64,000 nucleotides of DNA from Curvularia clavata (lineage: Eukaryota): the NCBI GenBank assembly GCA_023920165.1, contig CP089274.1, positions 5,704,001 through 5,768,000 on the forward strand, given 5' to 3'. Every line of letters starts with the position of its first letter. The stretch's first letter is position 1. The notes under the pieces are model-generated. The model searched no databases and was not told the DNA's origin. It saw nothing but the letters and a program-made list of their open reading frames with translations. Both the position numbers and the translations under genes were made by a program. Positions 12,639 to 25,145 of the stretch are shown in pieces.

Positions 12639-13881
12639 TCATATCCCCAGATAATACTTTCCCCTCTCGTACGCATAAAAGCTTACAGCGACCATGGGCA
12701 CAACTTTGACATAGCCGATTGTCAAGCCGACGAAAAAACCCTTGTATCCTCTCTCGAGGTATATTCTGCGCGCCACTTCGGGAATGCTGAGTCGGTGTCC
12801 GTCGCCAACGACGCCGCCGACTTGCATGCGCCGTCGTATCACTTCGAGCGGGTACGAGACGGTTTGCGATACGAAACCTGCGATGCCGCCTGTGGTGAGT
12901 TCGGCCCAGTAGCGCAGCTGCGCGGGCTTGTGTGTCGAAGTGCTGGTTTCTTCGCGCGAGGTATTGGGTAATGTCGTGTATGGGGCCAGAGCAGGGAGAC
13001 GCATCAAGTCGGACATGAGGTCGTGGGCTAGAAATGATGCGCCGGCATATGGTATCATGCCGAGTAGCGTGGGTGTGAAGCCGCGGAAGAAGTTTGGCAG
13101 ACCCGAACGTGGGGTAACGGTATCGACTACTTGCGTGGCGGTTGCTGCGATTGGGTTGCTCGGTTGGTGTACACGAGGTGCTTGCTCCGAGTAGATTTTG
13201 CGCACAATACTGCTGAGACTGCTGCGTGCGTGTTGGTTCGTCTCAAACGCTAGACGCACGCGGATCACTTCCAGTGGGTAGGTGAAGAAAACGCTCATCA
13301 TGCCGGCTAAGCTTCCTGAGACGAATCGTCGGACGGGTGTTTCTTGTGCTTTGTTTTTGATCACGCGAGCCCGAATTTGCTCGTAGGCGAGGAACTTGAC
13401 GCCTGCATAGGGGAAGATACGGAGAAGTGTTGCCGAGTGGCCCTTGAACAGACCACGCACACCCGCAGTGGCGTAGATGTCGCGGATGGCCGAAGGGAAG
13501 CCGGCCCATGAGCCTGTATATTTTGCAAACTCGGGGTTGCGGGTTTGGAAGAGGATTTTGACGCGGTCGAGGGGGCCTACAACGGTTTTGGCCTGTGATG
13601 TACAGATTAGCAAACAAGTGGTTTCTCAGATTCTAAAAGGCTCAACCTACAGCGCATCCAGCGAAGCCACCTGCCAGCCCGCTCTTAATCACATACTCCG
13701 GGCTCTTCTTATCCGTCTTCTTTTTCTTCTCGGGTACCATGTCTCTGCTGTGCTCTTCCCTTCTACCAGGAGGATCCGCTTCATAGCTGGAGACTATATT
13801 GCTTGCGCGGGGCGTTTGCGCGGCAGTCGTTGTCATGATATTTGTTGTGTTTCCGTCATAGCGGAGGAGACCTGTGGACAT
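12639..13881 (-). CDS. LEU5: Mitochondrial carrier, coenzyme A transporter (Leu5/SLC25A42-like); intron 13593-13650; start may be 13836
   Basis: Three PxD/ExxK/R carrier signatures (PLDRVK, PLEVIR, PLEVIRRR); GHSATLLRIFPYAG motif typical of the Leu5 clade. Confidence 0.85.
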
Positions 13882-14446
13882 TCCAAACTGGCGTAAATGA
13901 GGCTACCGCGACATGGGTTTTAGGGTATCGTGCGGGGATGATGGACAGGCGAGAGGTGAAGCGGCAGAGTTTGGAGGAGTCAGAAGACCGTGTGCGTAGC
14001 GTAGACGAGGGCGTGGGTGTAGGGGTATGTGGATTAGAAAGCGGCAGTTGGTGTGTGGTTGATGGTTTGGCCACGGCCGGCCATGACGTTGCCGAGGCTT
14101 CAACCTCCGGCCGCCCACGCTTCGCTTCCCACGCCCCAAATCCGACCCGACGCTACCCACCGGATATGTTATCCACAACACCACGCAGCCATCACGAGTC
14201 ACTATCGACATCTATCGCAAGTGCGGCAGACACACATCAGAGCAGCTGTAACTTGTGCGCCTGAGCAGTTAATCACATCAGTAAAACAGTTCGGTTCAAA
14301 GACGACCGCTGTGACGTAAACGCTATCTGGAGTATAGCGACCGGTAGGAGAACTTTTTCTTCATGTCTGTTCGCTATTTCGCCTTTCGTACGCATGTCCA
14401 GCATCTCGTCTCAGTCTCCATATTGTGAACATTGTGTTGAGCAACC

Positions 14447-15925
14447 ATGACTCCCTCAAATCCCATCATCTACCAGAACGCGACAGCAGACATTACATTA
14501 ATCGATATACCGACATCTATTGTGGCGGCTCGAGGTGACCGCTCGGATATACTTTTATCAACCGCGCCACTGGAAGCGCCTCTCCAGCCCAAGGAGGATT
14601 ATCAACCCAAGACGCAGAAAGCAAAAGCGAAAGCGAAAGCGGCCAAAACCCAAGCTGTCGACAAAGTACAGCAGAATAGTTTCAGTCTTCCAATTCATGC
14701 CAGTAAGCAAGCGACAGACCCAGCAAGTCACAATTTCCAGTCCCGCGATCTCGATGATACGCGGTACAAAGTCCTCGTTGAACATGCACTGGCCCAGATT
14801 CGCACACAGGTCTCGGGACCATGGTGCACACGGCGCAAACTCATGACCCAAAGGCTAGGGTCTGGGGAAGAGGGCATGATGGATGTGGACAGTCCCACAG
14901 AAAAGGACGTGGAGGCACGCATGCGAGAGTGGGTTTCATGGAACCAAATCAAAGAAGACGACCCAGCATTCAACCTTCAGCAACTGATGGCTTCGCTCAG
15001 CGCAGCATCAGAGGCTGCAGGACCAGCCACAGACACGAATAAATGGACATTGTCGTACCGTCCTGCACGCGAGGCTGAAAGTAGCACACAGGCCGCCGAA
15101 ACGGACACGCAAGAGACACAGACGGAGCCATGGACCTGTACCTTCCACAATCCACACGCTCACTCTCTCGAAGCCACAATTACCGAGCAGATGTCGCCAT
15201 CTGCTCCGTCGGGTCAAGCCTATCGTTTCACAATCCCACCTCGGGCCAGCCTCTTTCTCAGCGATACCACGGCGTCGGATGCCTTTCGCACGTCTTTTCG
15301 TCAACTTACAGATGAGCATTCTCTTCCGCGGCACTTTGACCTCGTGCTGCTGGACCCACCGTGGCCCAACCGCTCTGCTAAGCGTAAAGGCGCCTACGAG
15401 CAGGTCGGAGGCGTTCCGTACCTCAAGAAGATGCTGCTGAACATGGATATCGACACGTACCTAGAGCACAACGCACTGGTGGGCGTCTGGATCACCAATA
15501 AGACGTCGCTGAGAGACCATGTGCTCGGTCCCGGCGGTCTGTTTGAGACGTGGAACGTGGGCTTGATAGAAGAGTGGATTTGGGTCAAGACGACGACCAA
15601 AGGCGAGCCCATGTTTGACATTGACAATGCTATGCGCAAGCCATATGAAATTCTGCTGCTTGGTCGTGCAGCCCCGAATTCGTGGACAACAATGGTACAT
15701 GCGCCGGTTGTCAAGCGGAGGGTTGTTGCCGCTGTGCCGGACGTACACTCGCGCAAGCCCTGTCTCAAGACGTTACTCGAACCCTTCTTGGTGGATCCGA
15801 CGGACTACAGTGCACTCGAAGTGTTTTCCCGCTACCTGGTGAGTGGTTGGACGTCGTGGGGTAACGAGGTCCTCAAGTACAACTGGGAAGGGTATTGGGC
15901 CCCGGCTGAAGGCACTGAGACGTAA
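14447..15925 (+). CDS. MT-A70 family N6-adenine methyltransferase (METTL4-like)
   Basis: LLDPPWPNRS catalytic motif, VWITN, EEWIWVK, RKPYE, HSRKP, GWTSWGNE. Confidence 0.9.
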   Translation: MTPSNPIIYQNATADITLIDIPTSIVAARGDRSDILLSTAPLEAPLQPKEDYQPKTQKAKAKAKAAKTQAVDKVQQNSFSLPIHASKQATDPASHNFQSRDLDDTRYKVLVEHALAQIRTQVSGPWCTRRKLMTQRLGSGEEGMMDVDSPTEKDVEARMREWVSWNQIKEDDPAFNLQQLMASLSAASEAAGPATDTNKWTLSYRPAREAESSTQAAETDTQETQTEPWTCTFHNPHAHSLEATITEQMSPSAPSGQAYRFTIPPRASLFLSDTTASDAFRTSFRQLTDEHSLPRHFDLVLLDPPWPNRSAKRKGAYEQVGGVPYLKKMLLNMDIDTYLEHNALVGVWITNKTSLRDHVLGPGGLFETWNVGLIEEWIWVKTTTKGEPMFDIDNAMRKPYEILLLGRAAPNSWTTMVHAPVVKRRVVAAVPDVHSRKPCLKTLLEPFLVDPTDYSALEVFSRYLVSGWTSWGNEVLKYNWEGYWAPAEGTET

Positions 15926-18900
15926 AGAGAAGACATGGGTTTGTTTGCGTGTACATGCAGATGTGTTCGCAGAAACCACAGCCTTCGTCGACCAGTAAAG
16001 GTTCGACACAGCCCAGCGTATCGAGGCATCTACTACGCAATCGTAGCTACAGAAATTAGTTAGCAGCCTTGAAGAAAATTCTGGACTACTATAGCGAGCT
16101 CTTTCCGCAATGCTACTCGCATCCGTGACGTTTGTGTCGTCATGTCACAACCATTCATTACCATAATGAGAGAAAGATTCCTTTCCCTGCCCTGCCTGCC
16201 ATGTCGACATCGGAGCACACAAGCTCTCTCCACAGACGCACCCCAAACTCCGCAATGACGAAACGCCCGTTATCGGGTGGAGCCTCTCTCCATGTCGTGC
16301 TTTCGGGGTCTTGGCGCGATCAGTGCTCGAACGCGGTGTTCCCCTCTCCCCCATCCGTGATGATGCAGACAAACTTTTTTTTTCGCCGCTGATCTGAGAT
16401 AAGGAAGCACAGGTAAAAGGGAAAAGGAAAAGACGTCATAGCGGAGACTTGGCGGGGGAGATTGACTCGGTGGGTTTTTTTTGCGTGACGTGGTGTGGTG
16501 AAAAGGACCGACGAGCAAGACATGAGACGGAACCACGAAAAAAAAGACCGGGGAAAAAAAGATGGGCGAGAGCGCGGGCAGGGATTGTCGAGAGAAAGAA
16601 GGAAAGGAGATGGAAGACACATGTGCGAGAAGAGAAAAAGAAAGAGATGAGAGTTTCGAGCGGAGAGGGTGGTTTTGAGTAAAGTAGAGTCAAGGGCTAG
16701 TTTACCCGATACAGCTATTAGCATTCACCTGTGTAGAATATTCGGTAGACGGGGAGTACCGCGGAGTAGAGTAGGTGTAGGAGCATAGGTTCATCATGAC
16801 GTCAATGCGTATCGTATCGATCTGCAGTATGGTAGATCGTATCTTGAATTCAGGCGAGCGGGATCGGGACGAGACGAGACGAGAAGAAAGGGAATAAGTC
16901 AAAGGAAAGTATCTGACCTACATGACATCACATGAACTCTTCGAGTAATCCGAGCAGAGGAACCCTGGTCTGCCCCCCTTCTATCTTCCCCGGTCGCCAA
17001 GCACAACCATCCGATGTTCCCCGCCGCCACTGCTCAATGCCCAGAGATTGCCTGTGCATATGGGCGTGTAGTTTTGTGGCGTACGGGCGTATGTATAGGC
17101 GGTATCCGTAGCGAGGGGGGTGCAGAGAGAGGGCGCCACAGGGGGAATAATAAGCGATGAGGACTGTGAGGATGCGAAAGCGGATGTAAAGTCGATGTGA
17201 AACACAATACTTGCAGACACGATGTAGAAAAAAAGCAGACAGCGGAGCTAGTAGGTGTAGTTGTGGTTTCATCTGGGGTTGCCACGATTGACGAGGAGGA
17301 AAAGAAAGAAAGGAAAAGAAAACAGTTGCATACACAACTGCATGCACTATGTGGTGGGTAAATGCGAACATGCCTCCCAGAAGCTGCATATCGTAAAATG
17401 CCTTTTTGAGCTTGCAGGCTTGCATGCGCGCGACGCTGACAACAAAGAAGAAAGCAAAAGACTGCTGCGATGACTCCTCGTTCTTTCCCTCCTTGCCGTG
17501 AGCATACTTTTCACATGCACGCTTCACTTACTCGTCTCGCTTTCCTTGCATACGTAGTCGTTGGCATGTTGGCTGTGACACATCATACCGACTCAACAAC
17601 AACAATGCACCACGATCGGAAAATCGTGCCAGACATCTGATTTGTTTGTGCGTGGTGAAGCGCCACAAGCGGGAGTGCTGCAGGGCACTTGCTGTTGCCG
17701 CCGACTACTGTCCTATAGAACTGCAGGCTGCATGCCTTGCATTTGGTGATAACAGAGAAAAAACATGGCGGTGAGTCACCGCTCCGGCATGCTGCCGCCG
17801 TGGGCTATATCGAACATTTTCTTTTACTTAGTTCCTTGTTTTTTTGCGATCTCGAGTTTATTCTTTCGTATCAGGCATGCATGGATACGATAGCTCCATC
17901 GGTCAAGGGAGATGAAGGCGTTTGGCGTTGTTGCTGCTTTTCTTCACAAGCCGATGCCGCGTTGCATACACTGTTGTTTTTCGTGGGGACGGGATGGCGC
18001 CGTGCGGTTGCTAGAGAGCTGCAAGGCAGATGGTGTGTTCTGCTGACATGGGCTTGTGGTGAGGGTTGAGCGGGGTGGGGGTTTGCTGACAATGCATGTG
18101 ATGCAGTGCTTTTGACATGTGGTGGTGCAAGACAGAGAATAGCCCGCTATGCGTGCCAACCGCGGCAAGCAGAGAGTCAAGGTGCGATATCGCAGGTGAA
18201 CGAAGTGTTGAGTGGGGGGTTCAAGTGCGGAGAAGAGACATGCTACCCGTTGGTTGATCGTCTTGGCGATAAGTGTTTCAGCTTTGCGTCTCCCACACAG
18301 ACAGACGTGTCCCCACGATGCGAATTCTCCGTATACTGCCACCGGATGAATTTCTCCTACTCTCTCTATACTCCTTCCTCGTCTATAACGGAAGAATTGC
18401 AGCCGTGCAAACAAACAGCACGGGTAGGAAAGGCCAGACTGGCGTTCTGGCTGCTCGCTGTGCCGCCAAACGCAGGGCAGCAACGGCCGTATACTGATGG
18501 TGCCGGCCGGCTGGGCCGAAAAGGCTATCCAAACCTACTGGGTGTATTCTACCAACCCAATCGCCCGGCGGATGTACTTCCCAAGACGGAAAGTACAAAT
18601 ATGCCGCACGGGTTTACCGATTCTGGCAACTGATAGGGACAAGGAACAGGCTGGGGTTGGATTGAATCCCCGGATGCTGATTCCTTTTGGCGCATTGAGA
18701 AAAAAAAAATTCCTCCGTCCTTGAAGGAAATTTTTGAAATGAATTATGGTGCCCAAAACCAGCCGTAAGCGAGCATGTTTATTGAAACATGTCTCCACCT
18801 GCACGGTGTGGATGCGGCACTCTGCTGTGTGTATGCTGTGCATGAACTGAGGCTTGCAACCACTGCTCCACAGCCACAGTACCCGGCCGGTTTTCGCCAG

Positions 18901-21579
18901 GCATCGAGGGCCAATCAGGGCTGCGGCGCATGAGTCGTTAGATGGGCCAACGAAAACGCATCGGAAGCGTCTCTCCACATCGGAGGCCGAGTTTTTCCCA
19001 GCCGCCAGGCCAAGGGTCCTTCCGCGGCTCCACTTGGGAGGCCTTCGATGAAAAGCTTCTAGGGGCGGTCCATTTTGATTGCGCTATGCTCCACCCACGT
19101 GCGCTACACAATGTCTCTTTGTTGACCGCGTTGTGGAGAGACGGCAGAAACTTCACGACACGGACTGCATGTTGCGTGCAGGGCGGAGCTATGTCGGTGC
19201 CATTGCGACACGGGCGGCGACGTCATTGCAGTAGGGGAGGGGGTGGGAAAAGGAAGCCGGATTTGGAACAGGACTAGGGGCTACGGCAAAGTTTCTCTGC
19301 CGGCGTGTTTGAGGGCGCAAAAAGAAGAGCAAAAGACGCTTTGGGACGGGGTTTCAGAAGTTGCTGGGTGCAGCAGACCCTGCATTGGTCGTCACGTCGT
19401 CACGTCTGTTTCTGCATGCGGCTCTCTCGAAACGGAGCCATTGTTCCGGGGGGTGGCAGAAGGTTTGCCCTTGGGACCGACGCTTTCTTACATTGCGTGC
19501 AGCAGAGGCACGCCGTGTTGCGGCAACGTGGCAGCAGGACATTCTAGCTCTGGCACTATGGCGAGTTTCTTTGGTTTCAGGGCCAGACGGGCGCCCGCTA
19601 GATTGCGTAGACAAAAGTTAGGTTGGGGGGTGCTCGAGTCGAGGGCACGCCCGTCGTTCTAGCGGCGGTTCCATGGAAGAATGGAAGCGGAGCAACTCTG
19701 GAAGGGCAGCACAATCCCCAGATCCGCGGGCGAGCACGCACCACCCGTCGCCCCCAGATGCCACGCGCCCGCATGCAGGCAAAAAACGGTTATAGTGGCC
19801 GGTAGTAATGGCAGCATGTGCGTGCAAGTCAAACACGGAGGGCAGAGGCCGGCGGTTTGCACGTCGGGCATGCGTTGCAGGCTGAATATAGCAGCAGAGA
19901 GCTGACGGCAGCCCTGAAAATATCGCCAGAGTATTGAGCAGACAAGTTGGGTAAGTGGTGCGGATGACGCAAGGTTGGAGGAAAGGGGGCATGTCCTTCT
20001 CAGCCCGTATTGCTGCAGGTCAGCCGTCGCCAGGTCAGCATCGAGTTGCACAGGATGATTGTCTGGTGCCCGCCGGCGCACGTTCCGGATTTGCATCAGC
20101 AGCATGGCTACGGAAGGTTCATGGGTGGATGGATGGCGTACATGTGTAGCGTGGACAGAAAAGGTCCATGTCGGGCCGGGAAGTATTCTTCCACCGCAGC
20201 GCAGTGGCGAGGTACTTGTATGGAGCAGACGACTGGACCCTCTGATCGGCTGTGAGGATGCATGTGATAGCAGCACTAGAGCGACAAGCGTCGATGCGAG
20301 GGCACCAGGGTCCAATGTGGTTTGCCCTTGGTCCGCACAGGATGGAGCAGCTTTGTCGAGTCGGATTTGGGCAACATGGTTTCGACGTGGGTGGCTAAGG
20401 GATAGCCAAACCGCCCGAGTCACAGACACTGAGGGCCAGCGAGGCAGCCCAAGCATGAGTCACCAGGGCACAGTATCGACTGGCGCGGGCTGCATGCCTT
20501 GGGCAGCAGCATGCAGCAAAAAAAACCCCGGCACATTGCCGTCGTTTTGTTTTCACAAGCCGGCCGGAGAGGCGGACAGGCCGCCCGGGGGTTGTGCGTT
20601 TGTGCTTCCTTTTGCGGATGGCACAAGCCGGCGGGTGAAGGCGTGGGGAGACTAGATAGAATAGATTTGCATCTGGCAAAAGGGTCTCCCTTCAGCCTTG
20701 GTGATCAGCTTACTGCATCCGGCAGCACAGCAAATCTTATCCGCAGGCGCCCCCTCGCGAGGAGGCGGGCGTGGCGTGCAGCGAGTCGTAGGCAGTGTTT
20801 CCGCTGTCAGTGTCACACCCACAGGCAGCGAAAAAGCACGTAGCAAATGTATGCATAGTCAGTGCTCGTGGCACACGAAGCAATAAGGGGGCGTGCAATG
20901 GGTGGCCCATGTGCGCCCGGGACAGAACGGGGGCGGCGGTACGGTAGGCCGCATTAGGCAGTCTGCCAAAGGGGCGGTCTGAGCTGCTCCAACTCCACCA
21001 ACCAGCGCCGCCGCCTTGCAAAGAGCGGTCGCTCACCGACTCACGCCCCCCCGAGCCCAAATCACAAAGGCGTTGTGTGTGTCTGACGCCTCGTTCCGGA
21101 CCGCAGGCACACACGCGCACACAGACTCTCAAAAGGATATATGGAACCTGCGTTCCGCTTCCCCCACGGCCTGGCCTCCATCTGATCTTCGCTCCGAGAC
21201 ACCTGAAATTGCTGGGCCTGACTCGAACGCCTGACGTGCTCTGCAACCATCGTGTATATAACAACAAGCACCAGTCCCACCCGCACCCGCTCAACAACCC
21301 TCGGCCCCAGCTCGCCACATCGCACACTTCCCTTTTTGCTCTCCGATACAGACCCGCCGCTACCGAGCTAGGCCCGCCAACCCTGCTTTTCCCTACCCAC
21401 ATCGGCGTCATACATCATCAGCCCGCTTCCAAGCTTCCGCGCCCTCGGTCCAGTTGCCGGCACTCGTATCCTGACGAAAAAATCACGAAAACCATAGTCA
21501 ACCCTCAGTGCCGAAAGTGCCCGCAACTCGTGTATACATATACTTACACAAGACCCACCCCCTACACTACACACCAACC

Positions 21580-22020
21580 ATGCACTTTGATCCATCACCA
21601 GCCTCGTCGCCCTCCAAGTCGCTGCCCATCACCATCTCGCCCAGAGCAAACATGTCGTCGCCCACCAGCTCTCTCTACAGCAACCACTCGACAGAGTCCT
21701 TTTCCTCCCGTGGCTCTTCCTGTGCCTACCCATCCTGGCCCACCGGGCCTTCTCTTGACCACCGCAGCCCACCGTCGTCCTACATCAGCGATGCCGACCT
21801 GTTTGGCGAGGACTTTGACGACGACTTCTCCTGCCCACTCCTCGAGGAGGCTCCAGCACCGCCCCGCGTGCCCCCAATGGCCCAGGCTTTTCCTGTCCTG
21901 CCACCACTCTACGCCCAGAAGAAGCCCAAGAGTGAGCGTCGCCGCAGCAGCGGTCGCAAGCAGCGCCGCACTTCCAAGCCCATGACTCCCATCGCGGAGT
22001 CACCCGAGCAGGTCGAATGA
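21580..22020 (+). CDS. Small Ser/Pro-rich disordered protein, 146 aa, unknown function
   Basis: ATG in good context (CAACCATG), C-ending codon bias, CAYPSWP and SSYISDADLF blocks, basic NLS-like stretch, C-terminal MTPIAESPE. Confidence 0.7.
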   Translation: MHFDPSPASSPSKSLPITISPRANMSSPTSSLYSNHSTESFSSRGSSCAYPSWPTGPSLDHRSPPSSYISDADLFGEDFDDDFSCPLLEEAPAPPRVPPMAQAFPVLPPLYAQKKPKSERRRSSGRKQRRTSKPMTPIAESPEQVE

Positions 22021-22021
22021 G

Positions 22022-22052
22022 CCACCACCACCATCACCATCATCACCACCAC
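22022..22052. repeat. (CAC/CAT)n low-complexity tract immediately after the stop codon of the small ORF
   Basis: ccaccaccaccatcaccatcatcaccaccac. Confidence 0.7.
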
Positions 22053-25000
22053 GCTCATCATGACTTGCCATGAGATAATCCCTCAAATTATCTCAAGTCA
22101 TCATGACTGCTATCCAACCGCGTTGCACTATTCATGTTTATCAGTCTTGAACTGAACAAACATCGACGTCACATTTGCACGCGCACTCGGACACACGCAC
22201 GCGCGCGCGTGGCCACTGCGCCACCCAGCTGCGCCGGGTCCAGTCACATGAGCAGCCATCACGTGCAGCCCCATCACCCTCGGCTGCCACATCATGTGCC
22301 GTCCAGAGCGCTCTGGGCGGTACCTCAGCCTCACCTTGCCCCCCACCCTGTCGCCGACAGATATTTGTCACAGGCGCGGCAGTGCTCATGTCCGCCTCGC
22401 AACCATGGTTGCACCAATCGCCCGGTCCATGGCATCCACACACGTCCAGACCGGCGATTGACTGGTCGCCATGCCAGTCTAGGCTTGTCGAATCAACTCA
22501 GACACAGCCGGAACAACACTTCCACCCGCCGCCGCACTTTCATGCCATGTGCGGTATGGCCGGTCGCATCTTTGATTTTTCTACCATCATTGGAGGATAG
22601 TACCCAAGACGGCGGATAGCATAGCGCAGGAATTTGGGCATTTACATCTGGCGTCTCTTGTTTTTTGCTACTTTGGAGGTGTTTGTCACAAACACCTCGC
22701 TTCTGGATACCCCCCCTACACCATCACTGTTCCCCCTTGCGAGACGGGACCTACGAGGGTTTTTCAATATTTTAGACACTCGTGTGGCTTAGAGTTCGCT
22801 TCGCTTTTTTGATACCCCGCATACACCCTCGCATACACGCACGGCATGCACGTTTATATAGCTTTATTTAGATACCCCCTCCCTAGTTGGACTCTACTTC
22901 TTCGAATGAGAATCATTAGTTAGCCTTACAAATGTTTTACCAATATGCCTTGTACCGCGACTGCCGTGCTCTTTATGCGATAGATTGTGATAAAGGCCGA
23001 GCCGAGATGTGATGTGATGTGACGAGGTGCCATGGCGTAAATGAAAAACAGTCAATGGCTTAATTCTCCGCCCCAGACCAAGGCATCAAATCAAGAGCGC
23101 ACAAGGCCTTCTCAACATCTGATTCCTCCCCCTCTGCGATGCCCCCATCTCGACGACTTGCAGGCACCGTGACCGACGCATTAAAAATACTTCTTGATAT
23201 GGTAAGCGAGCAACAAGTACTGACTACCGCATCTGTTTGGTCGTTAGGCGTGCGGAGCGGGGGGGGGTCCTGGTCCCGTGTATGTAGGTGCTCAAGTGTG
23301 AAGAAGGATGCATAATCGACTACGCGAGGACAAGGCAGGAGAGTAAGAGACGAGAGTAGTAAAAAAGAGCTAGCTAGCCCTATGTATGTCCGTGTAGGTG
23401 CCATGCTCCGAGGTTTATGGGCCGATTGCACCAATTTACCCAGCTGAACGGTGTGAAGAAGAAAACAATAGTGAGGCGGGGGGATTGTTTCTTGTCCAAC
23501 GGATCACGATGACCGTTTTTTTTGCCTCTCTTCTTCACTTCTCTAGGTGCTTACACTCCAACGCATGGCTGCTGCATGGTCTTCACTGCAGTGCGCGGGT
23601 CGGGGAAGCATGTCGAGCAGCCGCGTGTCAGATTAACGAGACTACATGGCTGCCGAACAGTCGCTGGGGAACTGCATCGTGGATGGTCGCACAAACACCC
23701 GTCTTGTCATGTATCTGGGTGTATCTACATGCCGCTCGTGTGTAGAGCCATGTATGTGTCCATGTGGGGGTGGATATCAAAGTCGGACAGCAAACGCCCT
23801 GCAACACGTTACCTATGCTTCCTCCGCAATGTACCAGTCGCCGGGCTCGGAAGGACCGTGGCCATGGGTAACGCTGGTTGCGGTGTCGACTGTATGTACG
23901 ACCATGTGTCGCTCTATATGTCCATGTATAATATGTATATACTGCCATGTACGAGCATGTACAGACCCAGGACGTGCAGGGCCACGGTTCAGGCACGGTG
24001 CCACCACCGCACATAGCCGTTCCCGAGCATGGGCGGGGAGGGGATCGGTGCAGTAGCTTGGGCGCTCGCGTACCCTCTGCCACTACCTTCGGTCTTGTAC
24101 ATGCGAACAGGTTGGGCCGCTGTCGACCGCAAAAAAAAGGCACATGGACAGCAGAAATGGTCCGGCCTGGCGCTACCGTCACCGCATCTTCAGAGTCATG
24201 GCCGTATTGAGAGCAGCGAAAGAGGGTCGTTATATGCGGCTGGTGGAGGCGGTTTGCAGATTGGAGCATGTAGGGATGATCCTTCACGTGGGGGCATGCC
24301 GTACGTGCAATGATTGGGTCGTGGTGAGCGCGAAAGTGTGATGGTGGTGCGGTAGGCACATGGGCTGCCATGGCGTCCGGCCCTGTGAGAGGCTGCCCGT
24401 CTAGTCCGCACAGGCACGCCGGCGCCAACCTAACCACTAACGTGAGCCATCACCACCTTGGCTCCCAGGATCACAATGTCGTCCTTTCACAGCCACGGGC
24501 GAATGAGGCTCCTCTGGCCCAGCTCCTTTTACGCCTTTTGCTCCCGCCCCGGCTGCTCGTTGGCTGCCTCCCGTCCAACCCATCAACGCCCGTACTATTT
24601 CGAGCACAACAATCACTCGGCCCTGGTCCCTCGACTCCTAAGCGCCGTTACTGATAGCCGGCCCTCTCCTCGCATCAACCTCTCTTGTGCACACACACAC
24701 ACATTGCTCTGTTCTGCTCTGCGCTTCCTGTCGCTTCCTCCGTCTCTCTGCTTGCTGTGTCTCACACCCACCTCTTCAGCTGCTTATTTGGGTTTTGGTC
24801 CAACTTTGATCTCTCCAAGACACTCTTCTCTAGCCGCCTCAGCTCGTATATCCTGGTACCAAGACCGGGGCGGGGCCAAACGGTACCCTCCTCCAGACGC
24901 CGTGGAGCTGTTTAGCGCAATCGCTGTCTAGCGCGCTCTTGCTCTTTGCAGTCAGTTTGCCAATTCTTTCCCCCCTCCTTCTTTCTTCTCCCTGCTGCAA

Positions 25001-25145
25001 GCTCCCCCAAATTCTACGTCTTGCAAAATTACCCAGAAAACTCCTTGAGAATCCGTCGTGGGAGCGTTATGCGCTTCGTGGGCCCGTGGCGGAAAACAGA
25101 CCCGACTGACGAGCATTCCACTTCCGCACAGATCCAGCCTCCACC

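Noticed and set aside
16357..16396. GTGATGA...CTGA resembling C/D box snoRNA motifs
   Set aside because: The span is only about 40 nt with a poly-T interior and no terminal stem or guide.
16000..21500. Many ORFs of 60-300 aa in the long intergenic region
   Set aside because: They overlap in all frames, have Arg/Cys-rich random composition and show no domains.
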